The notes under the pieces are model-generated. The model had not been told where the DNA came from. It saw only the letters and a program-made list of their open reading frames with translations, and ran no database searches. Shown here piece by piece: positions 1 through 10,085 of a DNA stretch of 64,000 nt. The DNA lies in NCBI GenBank assembly GCA_965207075.1, contig CBDBLO010000002.1:1856001-1920000 (forward strand), given 5' to 3'. Within the stretch, counting starts at the first letter, position 1. The number at the start of each line of letters is the position of its first letter. The DNA comes from Nitrosopumilus sp. GTDB lineage: Archaea > Thermoproteota > Nitrososphaeria > Nitrososphaerales > Nitrosopumilaceae. The position numbers were made by a program, and so were the translations under genes.

Positions 1-1784
1 AACCGGATACAGATAAGCCGCCAAGTCAGGACGATGCGCCCGGCGCGTGGCTTCCGCAACTCGAGGGCGCGCAGCAGGGGGCCGTCGTCACCCGCTTTCC
101 CCCAGAACCCAACGGGTACCCCCACATAGGCCACGCAAAGGCGGCCATCATAAACTGGGACTATGCGGCCAAGTACGGCGGCAGGTGCATACTGCGGATC
201 GACGACACAAACCCCGACGCCGAGAGAAAAGAGTACCTTGCCGGAATCAACGTGGGGCTCGAGTGGCTGGGGCTCGAGTTCAAGAAAGAGGACGTCAGGT
301 ACACGTCAGACGACATAGAGATCATGTACGAGAAGGGGGAGAAACTGATAACGTCCGGCATGGCGTACGTCTGCACCTGCAAAAAGGACGCCATCAGCAG
401 GAACCGCAGGGAACGGGCCGAGTGCAAGTGCTGCAGAAAGGACGACCCCGACGAGCACTACAAAAGGTGGAGCAAGATGCACAATGCAAAGATCAAGGCC
501 GGCGACGCCGTGATGAGGTTCCGCGGCGACATGAAGGCCGACAACGCCGTGATGCGCGACCCCGTGCTGTTTCGCATAATCAGCACGCCGCACTACAGGC
601 AGGGCGCCAAATACAGGGTCTGGCCGAGCTACGACATGGCAGTGGCAGTGGAGGACAGCATACACGGCATCACGCACGCGTTCCGCTCAAAGGAGTTCGA
701 GACGAGGGCCGAGCTGATCGGCGCGATACTCGACGCGCTGGGCATGAGGAAGCCCAGGCAGCACTACTTTTCAAGGCTGGCCTTTGAGGGGATGCCGACG
801 TCAAAGAGGGTGATAAAGCCGCTGATGGAGGACGGCCGCATAACCGGATACGACGATCCCAGGATTCCGACCCTGGGCGGCCTCAAGCGCAGGGGGATAA
901 GGCCCGAGGCGGTAAGAAAGTTCGTCGAGTCGCTTGGGATGACAAAGGCAGACACAGTAGCGCCCTTCGAGACGCTTGAGTCCATAAACCGCAGCATGAT
1001 AGACGCGCAGAGCACCAGGCTGTTCATGACAATGAACCCGAGGAGGCTCGTGATACGCGACGACACGGAAGCGCAAAAGCAGATGGAAGATCGGACAGGG
1101 GTGCCGAACCATCCGCTGCACGAAGGAATGGGCAAGAGGGTGATGCCTGCAAGCGGCGACGTGTACATACCCGGAGGCGACTTTGACAGGCTGGAGGAGG
1201 GCTCCATAGTAAGGCTGCTGGGCCTGGCATACGTGGTCATAACGAGGCTGCCGGGACGGGACGCCAAAGAGGGGGTCGGGATCGGCGGCGGCGGCGGCGG
1301 TATAACACGCCATGGTCTTGGCAGCGGCACAAGGAGCATCCCGTACGGCGACAGCGGTAGCGGCGTCAAAAGCAGGGAGGAGGACGTAGACGTATACGCC
1401 AGATACGTCGCGGACATAGACGAGCCGTTCGGGGCAGGCGACATACTGTACTATTTTGAAAAGATGAAGATCGAGATGCCGCCTGCCAAAAGGAAGGCGC
1501 TGCAAGACGAGGCCGCGGCAGAACCGGCAAAGAAGAAAAAGCAGGAGACCGCAGAGGACGCCAAGATGCAGTGGGTCTCCAGAGAGACTGCTGTAAGGAT
1601 AAGGCTTGCCATACCGAAGAGGCCGTTTGACGGGGAGGAGTTTGACGAGGACAGCCTGGAGGAGACAGAAGTTTATACTGAGCCGCATTTTGAAAACGTG
1701 GAGGAGGGCGCTGAGATCCAGTTTGTCAGGTTCGGATACTGCAGGAAGGACACCGGCAGGCGCGTGATCTTTACGCACGGTTAG
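1..1784 (+). CDS. gltX: Glutamyl-tRNA synthetase, archaeal type (5' truncated by window edge)
   Basis: The frame of ORF 252..1784 is open back to position 3 and reads TRFPPEPNGYPHIGHAKA (HIGH motif) and LRIDDTNP. It also has DPRIPTLGGLKRRG and C-terminal QFVRFGYCR. Confidence 0.97.
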   Translation, partial: PDTDKPPSQDDAPGAWLPQLEGAQQGAVVTRFPPEPNGYPHIGHAKAAIINWDYAAKYGGRCILRIDDTNPDAERKEYLAGINVGLEWLGLEFKKEDVRYTSDDIEIMYEKGEKLITSGMAYVCTCKKDAISRNRRERAECKCCRKDDPDEHYKRWSKMHNAKIKAGDAVMRFRGDMKADNAVMRDPVLFRIISTPHYRQGAKYRVWPSYDMAVAVEDSIHGITHAFRSKEFETRAELIGAILDALGMRKPRQHYFSRLAFEGMPTSKRVIKPLMEDGRITGYDDPRIPTLGGLKRRGIRPEAVRKFVESLGMTKADTVAPFETLESINRSMIDAQSTRLFMTMNPRRLVIRDDTEAQKQMEDRTGVPNHPLHEGMGKRVMPASGDVYIPGGDFDRLEEGSIVRLLGLAYVVITRLPGRDAKEGVGIGGGGGGITRHGLGSGTRSIPYGDSGSGVKSREEDVDVYARYVADIDEPFGAGDILYYFEKMKIEMPPAKRKALQDEAAAEPAKKKKQETAEDAKMQWVSRETAVRIRLAIPKRPFDGEEFDEDSLEETEVYTEPHFENVEEGAEIQFVRFGYCRKDTGRRVIFTHG

Positions 1785-1786
1785 AC

Positions 1787-2692
1787 ATGAGAATAGCACG
1801 CCTTATGCCGCGCAAAAACGAGCGGTCCGACAAGTGGTCGTCCAGGGAGACGTACGGGATCGTGGATGGGGACGGCAGGATCGCGACCAGGGACGACATC
1901 ACGTTTGCCACCGGCGTGCCCATACCGCGAGACATTGCGGAGTTCCTCTTTGGCGGGTGGTACGACAAGACAAGGCAGAAGGAGGTCCCGTACAACAGCC
2001 ACGTGTCAGATTACGAGTTGCTGGCCCCCCTCCCAAGCCCCGGCAAGATAGTATGCCTCACGTTCAACTATACGGACCACGCAAGGGAGCAGGGGCTCGA
2101 CGCCCCCGAGGATCCCGTGCTGTTCATAAAGCCGAGGACCGCCCTGACCGGCACGGGCGCGGAGATACGGTGCCCGGACTTTGTGAGGCAGCTCGACTAC
2201 GAGGTCGAGCTTGCAATGGTGGTCGGGAACGGTAGCGGCGGTGGCAGGTGCAAGAATGTTGCCGTCGAGGAAGCCATGGAGTACGTGTTTGGATACATGA
2301 TACTAAACGACGTCTCGGCCCGCGACATACAGTTCCAGGACAAGCAGTTTACTAGGGGAAAGGGGTTTGACGACTTTGCGCCCTGCGGTCCCTGGATTAC
2401 CACGGCAGACGAGATAGCCGACCCGCACGGCCTGAGGCTCGCCACCAGAATCAACGGGGAGTCCAGGCAGGACTCGTCGACGGGAATGATGCTGCTGAAG
2501 ATACCGCAGATAATATCAAAGCTCTCAAGGGTCATGAGCCTCGAGCCGGGGGACGTCATATCGACAGGGACTCCTGCCGGCGTCGCGCTGAAGAATCCCG
2601 GCACCCCGTACCTGGAGGACGGGGACACAATCGACATGGAGATAGAGGGACTCGGCTCCATCCGCAACACGGTAAGAAAGGTGCCGTCGTGA
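1787..2692 (+). CDS. Fumarylacetoacetate hydrolase family protein
   Basis: Motifs GKIVCLTFNY, LDYEVEL, NDVSARD, KGFDDFAPCGP, GDVISTGTP. Confidence 0.93.
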   Translation: MRIARLMPRKNERSDKWSSRETYGIVDGDGRIATRDDITFATGVPIPRDIAEFLFGGWYDKTRQKEVPYNSHVSDYELLAPLPSPGKIVCLTFNYTDHAREQGLDAPEDPVLFIKPRTALTGTGAEIRCPDFVRQLDYEVELAMVVGNGSGGGRCKNVAVEEAMEYVFGYMILNDVSARDIQFQDKQFTRGKGFDDFAPCGPWITTADEIADPHGLRLATRINGESRQDSSTGMMLLKIPQIISKLSRVMSLEPGDVISTGTPAGVALKNPGTPYLEDGDTIDMEIEGLGSIRNTVRKVPS

Positions 2693-2704
2693 CGGGCGCC
2701 GCGC

Positions 2705-3643
2705 TCATGCCAGCCTCTTGTTCACCAGATAAAACTCAAAAAAGTGCCGCGGCCACTTCCGGCAGCCGGGCGGCAGCCCGCCCAGCGTAAAGACGTTGGT
2801 CGCCGCGCACGACTCGGAGGCCGCCGCGCCGGCCAGAAACGCAATCATCTCATCCGCGCCTACAGGATCCGCGCCCGGATAGAGCGTGGCATACAGGGTC
2901 CGGCCCGGGCCGTCGACCGTCTTGCCGGCCGCAAGCACGGCGACGGCCGCTGCCCGGCGGCCGCCGTCCGGTGCCCCGCCGTCCGGACGCGTGGGACGCG
3001 CCGTGACTACAACGGAGGGGTCTTCCGAGAGAGCGCCGCGCGCGCCCAGCCTGCGGGTCTCAAACCACCTCCACTCCCTTACAAAATGCGGGTATGCGGC
3101 GCAGTCGAGATCGCGCAGCGGGGTGATCTTGCGGCGCGCGCCGGCGTCGGGGCTGCGCGGGAGCAGCCTGTGGTACGTCCACGCGCTCGTGACCTCGTAT
3201 CCGAGCAGCCGCACCATTGCAAGCGACGGCTCGTTCCCGGCATCGATTGCCATGGCAGACGCCAGCCTGCCATCCTCTGCCACGTCGCGGGGCGGGGGGC
3301 GGGGGTGCTGCTGCCGCTGCTGTAGCGACGGCCGCAGTCTCCGAATCGCCATCTGCTCGGCTTCCCTCACAAGGAACGTGGCGATGCCGCGGCGGCGATA
3401 CTGCGGATGGACCCGTATTCCCTCTATCCAGGCCTGTCCGGGCGACATGTGCACGTGGCAGACGCCGACGGGGCCCGACGGCGAAGAGGACGCGGGCGCG
3501 CAGTCCTCGCACACCAGAAACCCCCCGTCAGACTGCCAGTCGTCCCAGACGTCGCCTATGTAGTCGCCCCAGCCAAACGTGTCCTGGCAGTACCCCAAGA
3601 CAAACCCGCGATCCCCCTCACGAACCCTACGAACCCTCACCAT
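2705..3643 (-). CDS. GNAT family N-acetyltransferase
   Basis: WIEGIRVHPQYRRRGIA acetyl-CoA motif A. Start moved to the ATG at 3643 so it does not overlap the divergent Rieske gene. Confidence 0.85.
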   Translation of the reverse strand: MVRVRRVREGDRGFVLGYCQDTFGWGDYIGDVWDDWQSDGGFLVCEDCAPASSSPSGPVGVCHVHMSPGQAWIEGIRVHPQYRRRGIATFLVREAEQMAIRRLRPSLQQRQQHPRPPPRDVAEDGRLASAMAIDAGNEPSLAMVRLLGYEVTSAWTYHRLLPRSPDAGARRKITPLRDLDCAAYPHFVREWRWFETRRLGARGALSEDPSVVVTARPTRPDGGAPDGGRRAAAVAVLAAGKTVDGPGRTLYATLYPGADPVGADEMIAFLAGAAASESCAATNVFTLGGLPPGCRKWPRHFFEFYLVNKRLA

Positions 3644-3692
3644 CACGCGCCCCGTGGCAAGACTTAAGACGCCATGGTTAAAAACAAAACCC

Positions 3693-4034
3693 ATGGGAAA
3701 GCACCTCGTATGCAGCGAGTCGGACATTGCATCCGGCGGCATGCTAAAGGCCACCGTCAACGGGCTCGACATACTGGTGGCCAACGTAAGCGGCAGCTAT
3801 TACGCGACTGACGACACGTGCACGCACTCCGGGGCGTCCCTCTCGGAGGGCACGCTGAGGCAGGAAGAAGGGAAGGGCGAGGACGGCGGCACGTGCGGCA
3901 CCATAGTATGCGGGTGGCACAAGGCGGAGTTTGACTGCGCCACGGGCAAGCTTGCAAAGTTTCCGGCGCCCATACGGGACCTGGGCTCGTACAAGGTGAC
4001 GGCAGAATCAGGCAGCCTCTTCGTAGAGGTGTGA
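3693..4034 (+). CDS. Rieske-type [2Fe-2S] ferredoxin
   Basis: CTH...CGWH ligand pairs and FD.ATG. ATG at 3693 lies downstream of a TATA-like AT-rich stretch. Confidence 0.9.
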   Translation: MGKHLVCSESDIASGGMLKATVNGLDILVANVSGSYYATDDTCTHSGASLSEGTLRQEEGKGEDGGTCGTIVCGWHKAEFDCATGKLAKFPAPIRDLGSYKVTAESGSLFVEV

Positions 4035-4094
4035 CGGCGCCAAGAAGGCCCGGGCGTCTTTAACTATATTACTACCCAAAAAGACGAGTCATAC

Positions 4095-4364
4095 ATGGCA
4101 GACGATGCACAGAACCGGGAGGCCATGAAGGACTCCCTGGAGACGCTCACGCAGATAGCGGAGAGCGGCACCACCCCCAAAACCATCAAGAAATCCATCA
4201 TGGAACTGATAACCGAGCTCAACGGCACAGAATACTCGCTGTCAGTCAGGGCGGCAAACGCAATCAGCATGCTTGATGACGTCACGCAGGATCCCAACAT
4301 GCCCTCGTACGTAAGGACGCAGCTCTGGCAGGCAGTATCAAAGCTGGAGAGCATAAGGGAGTAA
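4095..4364 (+). CDS. UPF0147 family archaeal protein
   Basis: Pattern TPKTIKK...VRAANAISMLDDVTQDPNMPSYVRTQLW is typical of UPF0147. Confidence 0.85.
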   Translation: MADDAQNREAMKDSLETLTQIAESGTTPKTIKKSIMELITELNGTEYSLSVRAANAISMLDDVTQDPNMPSYVRTQLWQAVSKLESIRE

Positions 4365-4478
4365 GACCGGCGGCAGGCGGGGGCGGCGCGCCGGGGCGCG
4401 CCGGCAGCTGCGTGCGCGCGTGCCGGCAGGCCCGCACAAAGAAAAAAAAGACGGGCGGCGATAGCGGTGACTTGACAG

Positions 4479-5300
4479 TTGAAGATAGAAGAATACCTAA
4501 GGACGCTTCCTGACGACATGCTGAGCGGCGCGGACGCCGAGCTGAGCCAGCGATCACTCAGGGATATGTTCAGGTTGGCAGGGCTTGGCGCCGACGACAC
4601 GGTGTATCACCTTGGATGCGGCAGATCCGCAGAGGGCATCAGAATCGCGCTCACAGAGTTTGGCGCCAGGCGCGCGGTGGGCGTGGACTCTGACGCGTCA
4701 AAGATTCGCGACGCGCGCGCCTTGCTTGGGGGGGTGACGCAGGGGGGTGACGCCGCGCAGGGCTCAGGCCTGCGCGACAGGTACCGGCTCGAGTGCGCCG
4801 ACATACGCGACGCGGACATGTCGGACGCGACAGTGATACTGTTCTGGTTTGCAAACGACTCGGACCTCATCGACGCGATGGCAGAGAGGTTCGGCTCGCT
4901 TGGCGATGGCACGCGAATACTCACCGTGTGGGGCCCGCTGCCCGGATGCCTGCCGGACGCCGTGGACTTTCCGTACGTCATGTGCAAGACCCCCCTCCGG
5001 CCCGCAAAAGACGTGGGCGAGCAGCTGAGGGCCGTATTCAAGAGGGACTGCGTGGACTTTGTAACGGCGTGGGAGCATGCGGAGAGGTACACGAAGGCGC
5101 TGGGGCCCCCCGGCACCGCAAACGACAGGTTTCTGACCATCATACAGACCCTGACCATATGGGCCAACGCGTGGCGGCTGGGCATAGCGTGCGGCGAGGA
5201 GATACCGGAGCCCATATCCACGTACGTAAAGCTGATGAAGATGAACTTTGACATAGACTTTGACCACCTGCTGACAAGGGATCAGCAAAAGGATCCCTAG
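4479..5300 (+). CDS. SAM-dependent methyltransferase-like protein
   Basis: VYHLGCG motif I, AVGVD motif II, CADIRDADMSDATVILFW; TTG start. Confidence 0.75.
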   Translation: MKIEEYLRTLPDDMLSGADAELSQRSLRDMFRLAGLGADDTVYHLGCGRSAEGIRIALTEFGARRAVGVDSDASKIRDARALLGGVTQGGDAAQGSGLRDRYRLECADIRDADMSDATVILFWFANDSDLIDAMAERFGSLGDGTRILTVWGPLPGCLPDAVDFPYVMCKTPLRPAKDVGEQLRAVFKRDCVDFVTAWEHAERYTKALGPPGTANDRFLTIIQTLTIWANAWRLGIACGEEIPEPISTYVKLMKMNFDIDFDHLLTRDQQKDP

Positions 5301-5342
5301 GGGCGGTGCAATATTTTTATCGGCGGCGGGCATACTTCACGT

Positions 5343-5729
5343 ATGGCAACGGGCGCTGGAGACTTTGGGGACGGGAGGCTCAACATCAACGTCTCTGCAG
5401 TCGACTACGACAGCGCCAGCAAGGCCCTGGCCAGGCAGATGGTCATGCTAGAGCAGATGACGCACACGGAGGACGAGTTTGCCATGACCGACTCGGAGTT
5501 TGCATTCGGGTGGCACTTTTTCGTGCTGAGCGTCAACAGGTCCCTCATACGGAAACTCCGCGAGGTCATGGGCCCCGCGGACTTTGACGGCCTCAGGGGC
5601 AAGGGGCCTGACAAGAAGTTCCTCACGTGGCTTGAGAGAAACGTGGCAGCATCCGGCGATGGCGACGCGCCCCGGTTCAAGCTCGCCATAAAAGAGGAGA
5701 TGGAGTCAAGCAAGTTTGGCATATTCTAG
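5343..5729 (+). CDS. Conserved hypothetical protein
   Basis: Native-looking codon use, upstream TATA-like ATTTTTAT and a globular-looking sequence. Confidence 0.75.
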   Translation: MATGAGDFGDGRLNINVSAVDYDSASKALARQMVMLEQMTHTEDEFAMTDSEFAFGWHFFVLSVNRSLIRKLREVMGPADFDGLRGKGPDKKFLTWLERNVAASGDGDAPRFKLAIKEEMESSKFGIF

Positions 5730-5874
5730 CCCGTGCTCCGCGGTGCCGCAGCGCATGCGCCCCGGATCCGGGAATCATGCGCGTTGTCTCTCTTCCCCCT
5801 CCCCTGCACGCACGCCTTTAGATTTCACAAACAGGATCAAGTCCGTGCAGAAGGGCTGCATGTGGTGATGGAGG

Positions 5875-5947
5875 GGCCTTTGAGGGGAATCGAACCCCTG
5901 TCCGAGGATCCACAATCCTCTATACTAACCACTGTACTACAAAGGCC
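5875..5947 (-). tRNA. tRNA-His(GTG), G-1 genomically encoded
   Basis: Reverse complement folds with GCCTTTG/CAAAGGC acceptor stem, GAGGA-TTGTGGA-TCCTC anticodon arm and TTCGATT T-loop. Confidence 0.96.
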
Positions 5948-6233
5948 ACGTGGTTGGCACTTTCAGGGCCCCCAATTAACCCTTGAGATGATATGTGGGG
6001 CGGCCATTCGGCCACCTTGCCCACCTCCCACTCCCCCCCCCCATGGCTGCACGCTGTGAGATGTTGTCCGCCGTTTTGGACGGGCCCGCGCCGTCGCAGG
6101 GCGGCACCCTTAGAGCAGGGTGGACTGGAATTATGCAGTATGTTATGCCATCACGCGCAGCTTGGACACGCGGTTTATCCCCCAGAATATGCAAGCGGGC
6201 TGGACTGATGCGCCTGATGATGCGCGCACCGGC

Positions 6234-6632
6234 TCATCTGACTACTACGACGGCCTTTGCCCATGGATGTATGGTGCAGTGGTACTCGTAGGTGCCCGCG
6301 CTCTCAAACGTGTGCTCAAACGATCCCCCGACCTCCATAATCCCAGAATCGAACTCGAGTGCCGCAGTCTCGCTGGAGGCGCCGCTCGTTACTGTGTGCA
6401 GCTCCGTGTCGTCGTTGTTCCATGTTACGGTGGCGCCCTTTCGTACCGTGAGGTCTTGCGGTATGTAGCAGATACCCTCGGCCTCGCACCCTTGCAGAAA
6501 CGATCCCTCCGCTATGGATATGACTGCCGACGGTGTATGTACCGGCTTGGGGCCTACAGACACGACGCTGAACATGATGAATGCCGCCATTGCGCCGATG
6601 ACGATATACGTTATCCTGCGCGAACTAATCAT
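6234..6632 (-). CDS. Membrane-anchored blue (type 1) copper protein, plastocyanin/azurin-like
   Basis: N-terminal TM helix, WNNDD..HTVTS and YHCTIHPWA. The axial Met is replaced by Ala. Confidence 0.92.
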   Translation of the reverse strand: MISSRRITYIVIGAMAAFIMFSVVSVGPKPVHTPSAVISIAEGSFLQGCEAEGICYIPQDLTVRKGATVTWNNDDTELHTVTSGASSETAALEFDSGIMEVGGSFEHTFESAGTYEYHCTIHPWAKAVVVVR

Positions 6633-7109
6633 AATGCGTCTACGGTGCCAGGGGATTTATGGGTTGTCCTTCTTTGGCAGCGTGCTGCGCAGTTCCACAA
6701 TCCGCTCCGCCCGGAGGGTGCGGCCCTGCGGCATGGCACAGGCCGCCCGACTGCAGTGCGCAGCCACGTGGCCTGTCGGCCATCTGACAACTCCATTTTG
6801 TCCGGGAGGCCGACGAATTACGCAACACGCCAAGCATGGGGAAACGCCCGACACGCATTTGAGAACGCAGGCACCTGCGAATGTCACTGCGCCCCGACCC
6901 GTGGGCGGCGGGCGTGGCGATAGTGCGCTGGTACGTACCACCACCGCATCGGGAGAAGGAGATATGTCGTTGCAACCATTATTGCCGTTGTCATTATGAT
7001 AATTAATGCCGTCCAGCGTCACAACGCGGCAGAATCGGCCGTATACCCCAAGCATGAAGAACCGCGGCGCCGGCTGTAGATTTATTATCAAGCAGTTAAA
7101 ACGCAGGCT

Positions 7110-7190
7110 ATGCGCTATTGGTGGCTCGGGATAGGAATCGCGCTCGCCATAACATGGTACGGGATGAACTACCTGCTGCCGTTCAAATAG
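7110..7190 (+). CDS. Putative 26-aa single-pass membrane microprotein (MRYWWLGIGIALAITWYGMNYLLPFK)
   Basis: Translated by hand. ATG lies ~25 nt after TATA-like TTTATTAT (7081-7088); the product is a hydrophobic aromatic helix. Confidence 0.6.
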   Translation: MRYWWLGIGIALAITWYGMNYLLPFK

Positions 7191-7545
7191 GCGGCGGATT
7201 ATCAGGCCGTACCGCGCCAGGCAGGCATGGTGCAGCGAAAAAAACCCATGTGCAACTGCTGCTGCTGCTGCTGCACGGCGCCGTCCAGTCGTACCAGTCG
7301 GGTTCCCGTGTGCCCGCATGCAAACCCGTGAATCTCCCCGGCGCCGAGCGTCACGCAGGAAAGCACTTTCCGAGCCAGTGGCAGCGGCGGGGATGGAGCC
7401 GATCCCTCGTGAGGGCTCCAACGGACTGGGCGCCATTTTTGGGGGGCTCGTGCCGGCGGGGCGCGGTCCGGACCGGCGGGGAAAGGTCGGACGGCTCCGA
7501 CAAGGTCGATCGCTTTAAATTTGATCCAAAAGCCTACTCTACGAT

Positions 7546-8586
7546 TTGAAGAGGGAGTTCATTACCAAGAGGCTCAGGGGCGGGGCCAAGGCAGAGGACG
7601 GCGGCACGGAGAGCCCCCAGAGGATCCAGAAGATCGAGGGCAAGAAGCTGACATGGACGGATCTTGAGAACCCCGACAGGGAGCGCCTGGAAACGATCGT
7701 AAAGGAGTACGGCCTCAACGAGCTCAACGTGGAGGACTGCCTCACAAAGTTCGAGCTTCCAAAACTTGACAGTTACGAGGACCACTTTTTTGTCATACTG
7801 CACTTTCCGCCGCTGGCCCAGAAGGGCGGCATCCTCAGGAACAGCCAGCTCTCGATGTTCGTCGGCAAGGACTTCCTGATTACGGTCCATCAGGGGGACC
7901 TAAAACCGCTGACGGACCTGGTCAGGACCGCGAAGCAGGGGGGGCTTGACGCGTACAAGGGGGGCAGCCCGCTCAGCGGCCCCACCAGCATGCTGCTGCA
8001 CACCATAATCGACGAGCTGGTCGACGACCTGATGCACACGTCAAGAAAGATAATCGCCAACCTCGACGATCTCGAGGACAGGGTGTTTGATGAGAGCATG
8101 TCGGCCGCAAGGAGCATTGCCATGCTCAGGAGGGAGATCAACAGGCAGAGAAGAATTGCAAACCCGCTCAAGAGGTTCGTCCAGGAGATAGCAAAGTGCG
8201 TGCAAAAGTTCTCAGACGTAAGGGACGAGGACACGATGCTGCTGTACGACGACATAATCGACCACATAGACAAGGTGATAGAGACCCTGGAGGAGTCAAG
8301 GGAGACCATGGAGATCTACAAGGACACCAACTACGTGCTGAGCACCGAAAAGACAAACAAGGTGCTGAGTATGCTCACCATAATATTCACGCTCGCCATA
8401 CCGGCCACCGTGATAGGCACGTTCTATGGAATGAACGTGAGCCTCCCAGGCGGCATTGCGGGCGCGTCCGAGGCGGACTCCGCGCTGGGCGCGTTCACGC
8501 CGTTTGCAATACTGGTGCTGGCGTCGATCATACCGGCCATACTCATGATTGCGTATTTCAAGCGGCGCGGCTGGATGACCAACTAG
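7546..8586 (+). CDS. corA: CorA Mg2+/Co2+ transporter
   Basis: YGMN signature after a TM helix and two C-terminal TM helices. TTTAAA promoter at ~7514. Confidence 0.95.
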   Translation: MKREFITKRLRGGAKAEDGGTESPQRIQKIEGKKLTWTDLENPDRERLETIVKEYGLNELNVEDCLTKFELPKLDSYEDHFFVILHFPPLAQKGGILRNSQLSMFVGKDFLITVHQGDLKPLTDLVRTAKQGGLDAYKGGSPLSGPTSMLLHTIIDELVDDLMHTSRKIIANLDDLEDRVFDESMSAARSIAMLRREINRQRRIANPLKRFVQEIAKCVQKFSDVRDEDTMLLYDDIIDHIDKVIETLEESRETMEIYKDTNYVLSTEKTNKVLSMLTIIFTLAIPATVIGTFYGMNVSLPGGIAGASEADSALGAFTPFAILVLASIIPAILMIAYFKRRGWMTN

Positions 8587-8654
8587 GCACGGCGGCGCAC
8601 GCGGCGGCAGCAGGTTCGTGCGTGGTTCCGGCGGGAGGGGAGGCAGGCGCGCGG

Positions 8655-9575
8655 CTACTGCGGACGCTCATGCAGCCCTACGCGCACCTTTGTAAGCGAC
8701 AGATCAAGCATGTCGGGCACGATTATCAGCAGTCCAGAGCCGTGCTCCACCCCGTGGCACGTCCCGGCAAAGCTGTTGTGGTTCGTGACGTGGCATCCGG
8801 GGCTCTCGTAGAACGCCGGAACCCCGCCGCGGCCCGACGAGGCGTGGGCTGCCGCGTCCTCGGCGGACCTGACAAAGTACGCGTCAAATCCGATGTCCGG
8901 ATCGTTTACCATTATTGCATAGTCGTATGTGGACTGCCCCGCCGTCCCGGACGCCACGCAGACAGGTATGATCTGCGCGTACCCGTCCCGCACCAGCTCG
9001 GACTGCTCGTCCGGGCCGTACGCCTCGTTTGGCGCGTTCGGGAACACCATCACGTACGGATCGCCCGTGCCGGCCTCGGCAAACGCGGGCTCCACGTGCC
9101 CGGCCCCTTCCCCGTCCGAGCCCCCGGCCTGCACGCCGCTTGCAGCCTCTGACCAGCTGCGCAGCGTATCTGCGGCATACCTGTACGGGATTGGGCGCCA
9201 CTGGGTCTCGCAACCGCTGAACTCGTGCCGGAGCTCCACGTAAGGCTTGGACTTTTGGTACTGGAGCTGGTTGCGGTTGTACGAGGTCAGCGACGAGATG
9301 TCATCAGGGTCCGTGGAGCCGGGCAGGTAGGCGGCCGCACCTGACTTGCCGCCTCCCTCAGCGGCGACGGCCGCGGGGCCGGACCACACGTTTGTGACGT
9401 CAAACAGTATGTTGCCCGGATGGCTCTCCCACCCCGGCTGCAGGTGCACGTACACTGAATACTTGTTTATCGCGCGGTCGTACGCGTACCCGAATAGCAC
9501 GTGCCCGTAAAAGGCGTTTGCCAATACCAGGCCCAGCACGACGGCGGGGATCACCACATACAGAATGCCCCTCAT
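8655..9575 (-). CDS. Membrane-anchored/secreted hypothetical protein
   Basis: N-terminal hydrophobic anchor MRGILYVVIPAVVLGLVLA followed by a Cys-containing soluble domain. Confidence 0.7.
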   Translation of the reverse strand: MRGILYVVIPAVVLGLVLANAFYGHVLFGYAYDRAINKYSVYVHLQPGWESHPGNILFDVTNVWSGPAAVAAEGGGKSGAAAYLPGSTDPDDISSLTSYNRNQLQYQKSKPYVELRHEFSGCETQWRPIPYRYAADTLRSWSEAASGVQAGGSDGEGAGHVEPAFAEAGTGDPYVMVFPNAPNEAYGPDEQSELVRDGYAQIIPVCVASGTAGQSTYDYAIMVNDPDIGFDAYFVRSAEDAAAHASSGRGGVPAFYESPGCHVTNHNSFAGTCHGVEHGSGLLIIVPDMLDLSLTKVRVGLHERPQ

Positions 9576-9680
9576 GTACCTGTTATGCGGCCGCGCATAT
9601 ATCAAGCAGGTGCGGGCCCGCAAGCACGTAGATCATATGATCATGGAACATGATAAATACAAGCTAATTCAACTCGTGAC

Positions 9681-9935
9681 ATGGTCAAGATCAGAATCCG
9701 AACTGGCAGGGGTACAGGCACCATAGAGGTCGACAACAACCCCCAAAAGTGGACGGGTGAGGAGTTTAAGAAGATCCAGGCGGCGCGCAAGAGCGCAGCC
9801 GGAGAGAGGACGATCACGTCCGGCAGGGGAACCGGCTCCAGAAAGCTCAAGGACGTCCCAGAACCAAAGAACAGGCCAAAGTACAAGGGCAGCATGAGTG
9901 CCGGCAGGGGAACCAAGTCAAAGTCCTCAAAGTAG
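9681..9935 (+). CDS. Small basic protein with three GRGT repeats
   Basis: 84 aa, K/R-rich. TATA-like GATAAATA ~25 nt upstream and a T-rich terminator-like tract downstream. Confidence 0.75.
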   Translation: MVKIRIRTGRGTGTIEVDNNPQKWTGEEFKKIQAARKSAAGERTITSGRGTGSRKLKDVPEPKNRPKYKGSMSAGRGTKSKSSK

Positions 9936-10085
9936 CATTCGTGCAAACCACTTTTTCATTTTCTGCGGGCGGGCATGTCCGTACGTGCGCGTGCGGTCCA
10001 GGATTTTGCAAGCCGGACCATAGGCCACGCGTCCAAGCGGGGCGAGGCGCGTACGATGACGCGGCAAGACCGGGATTCCGCGACG

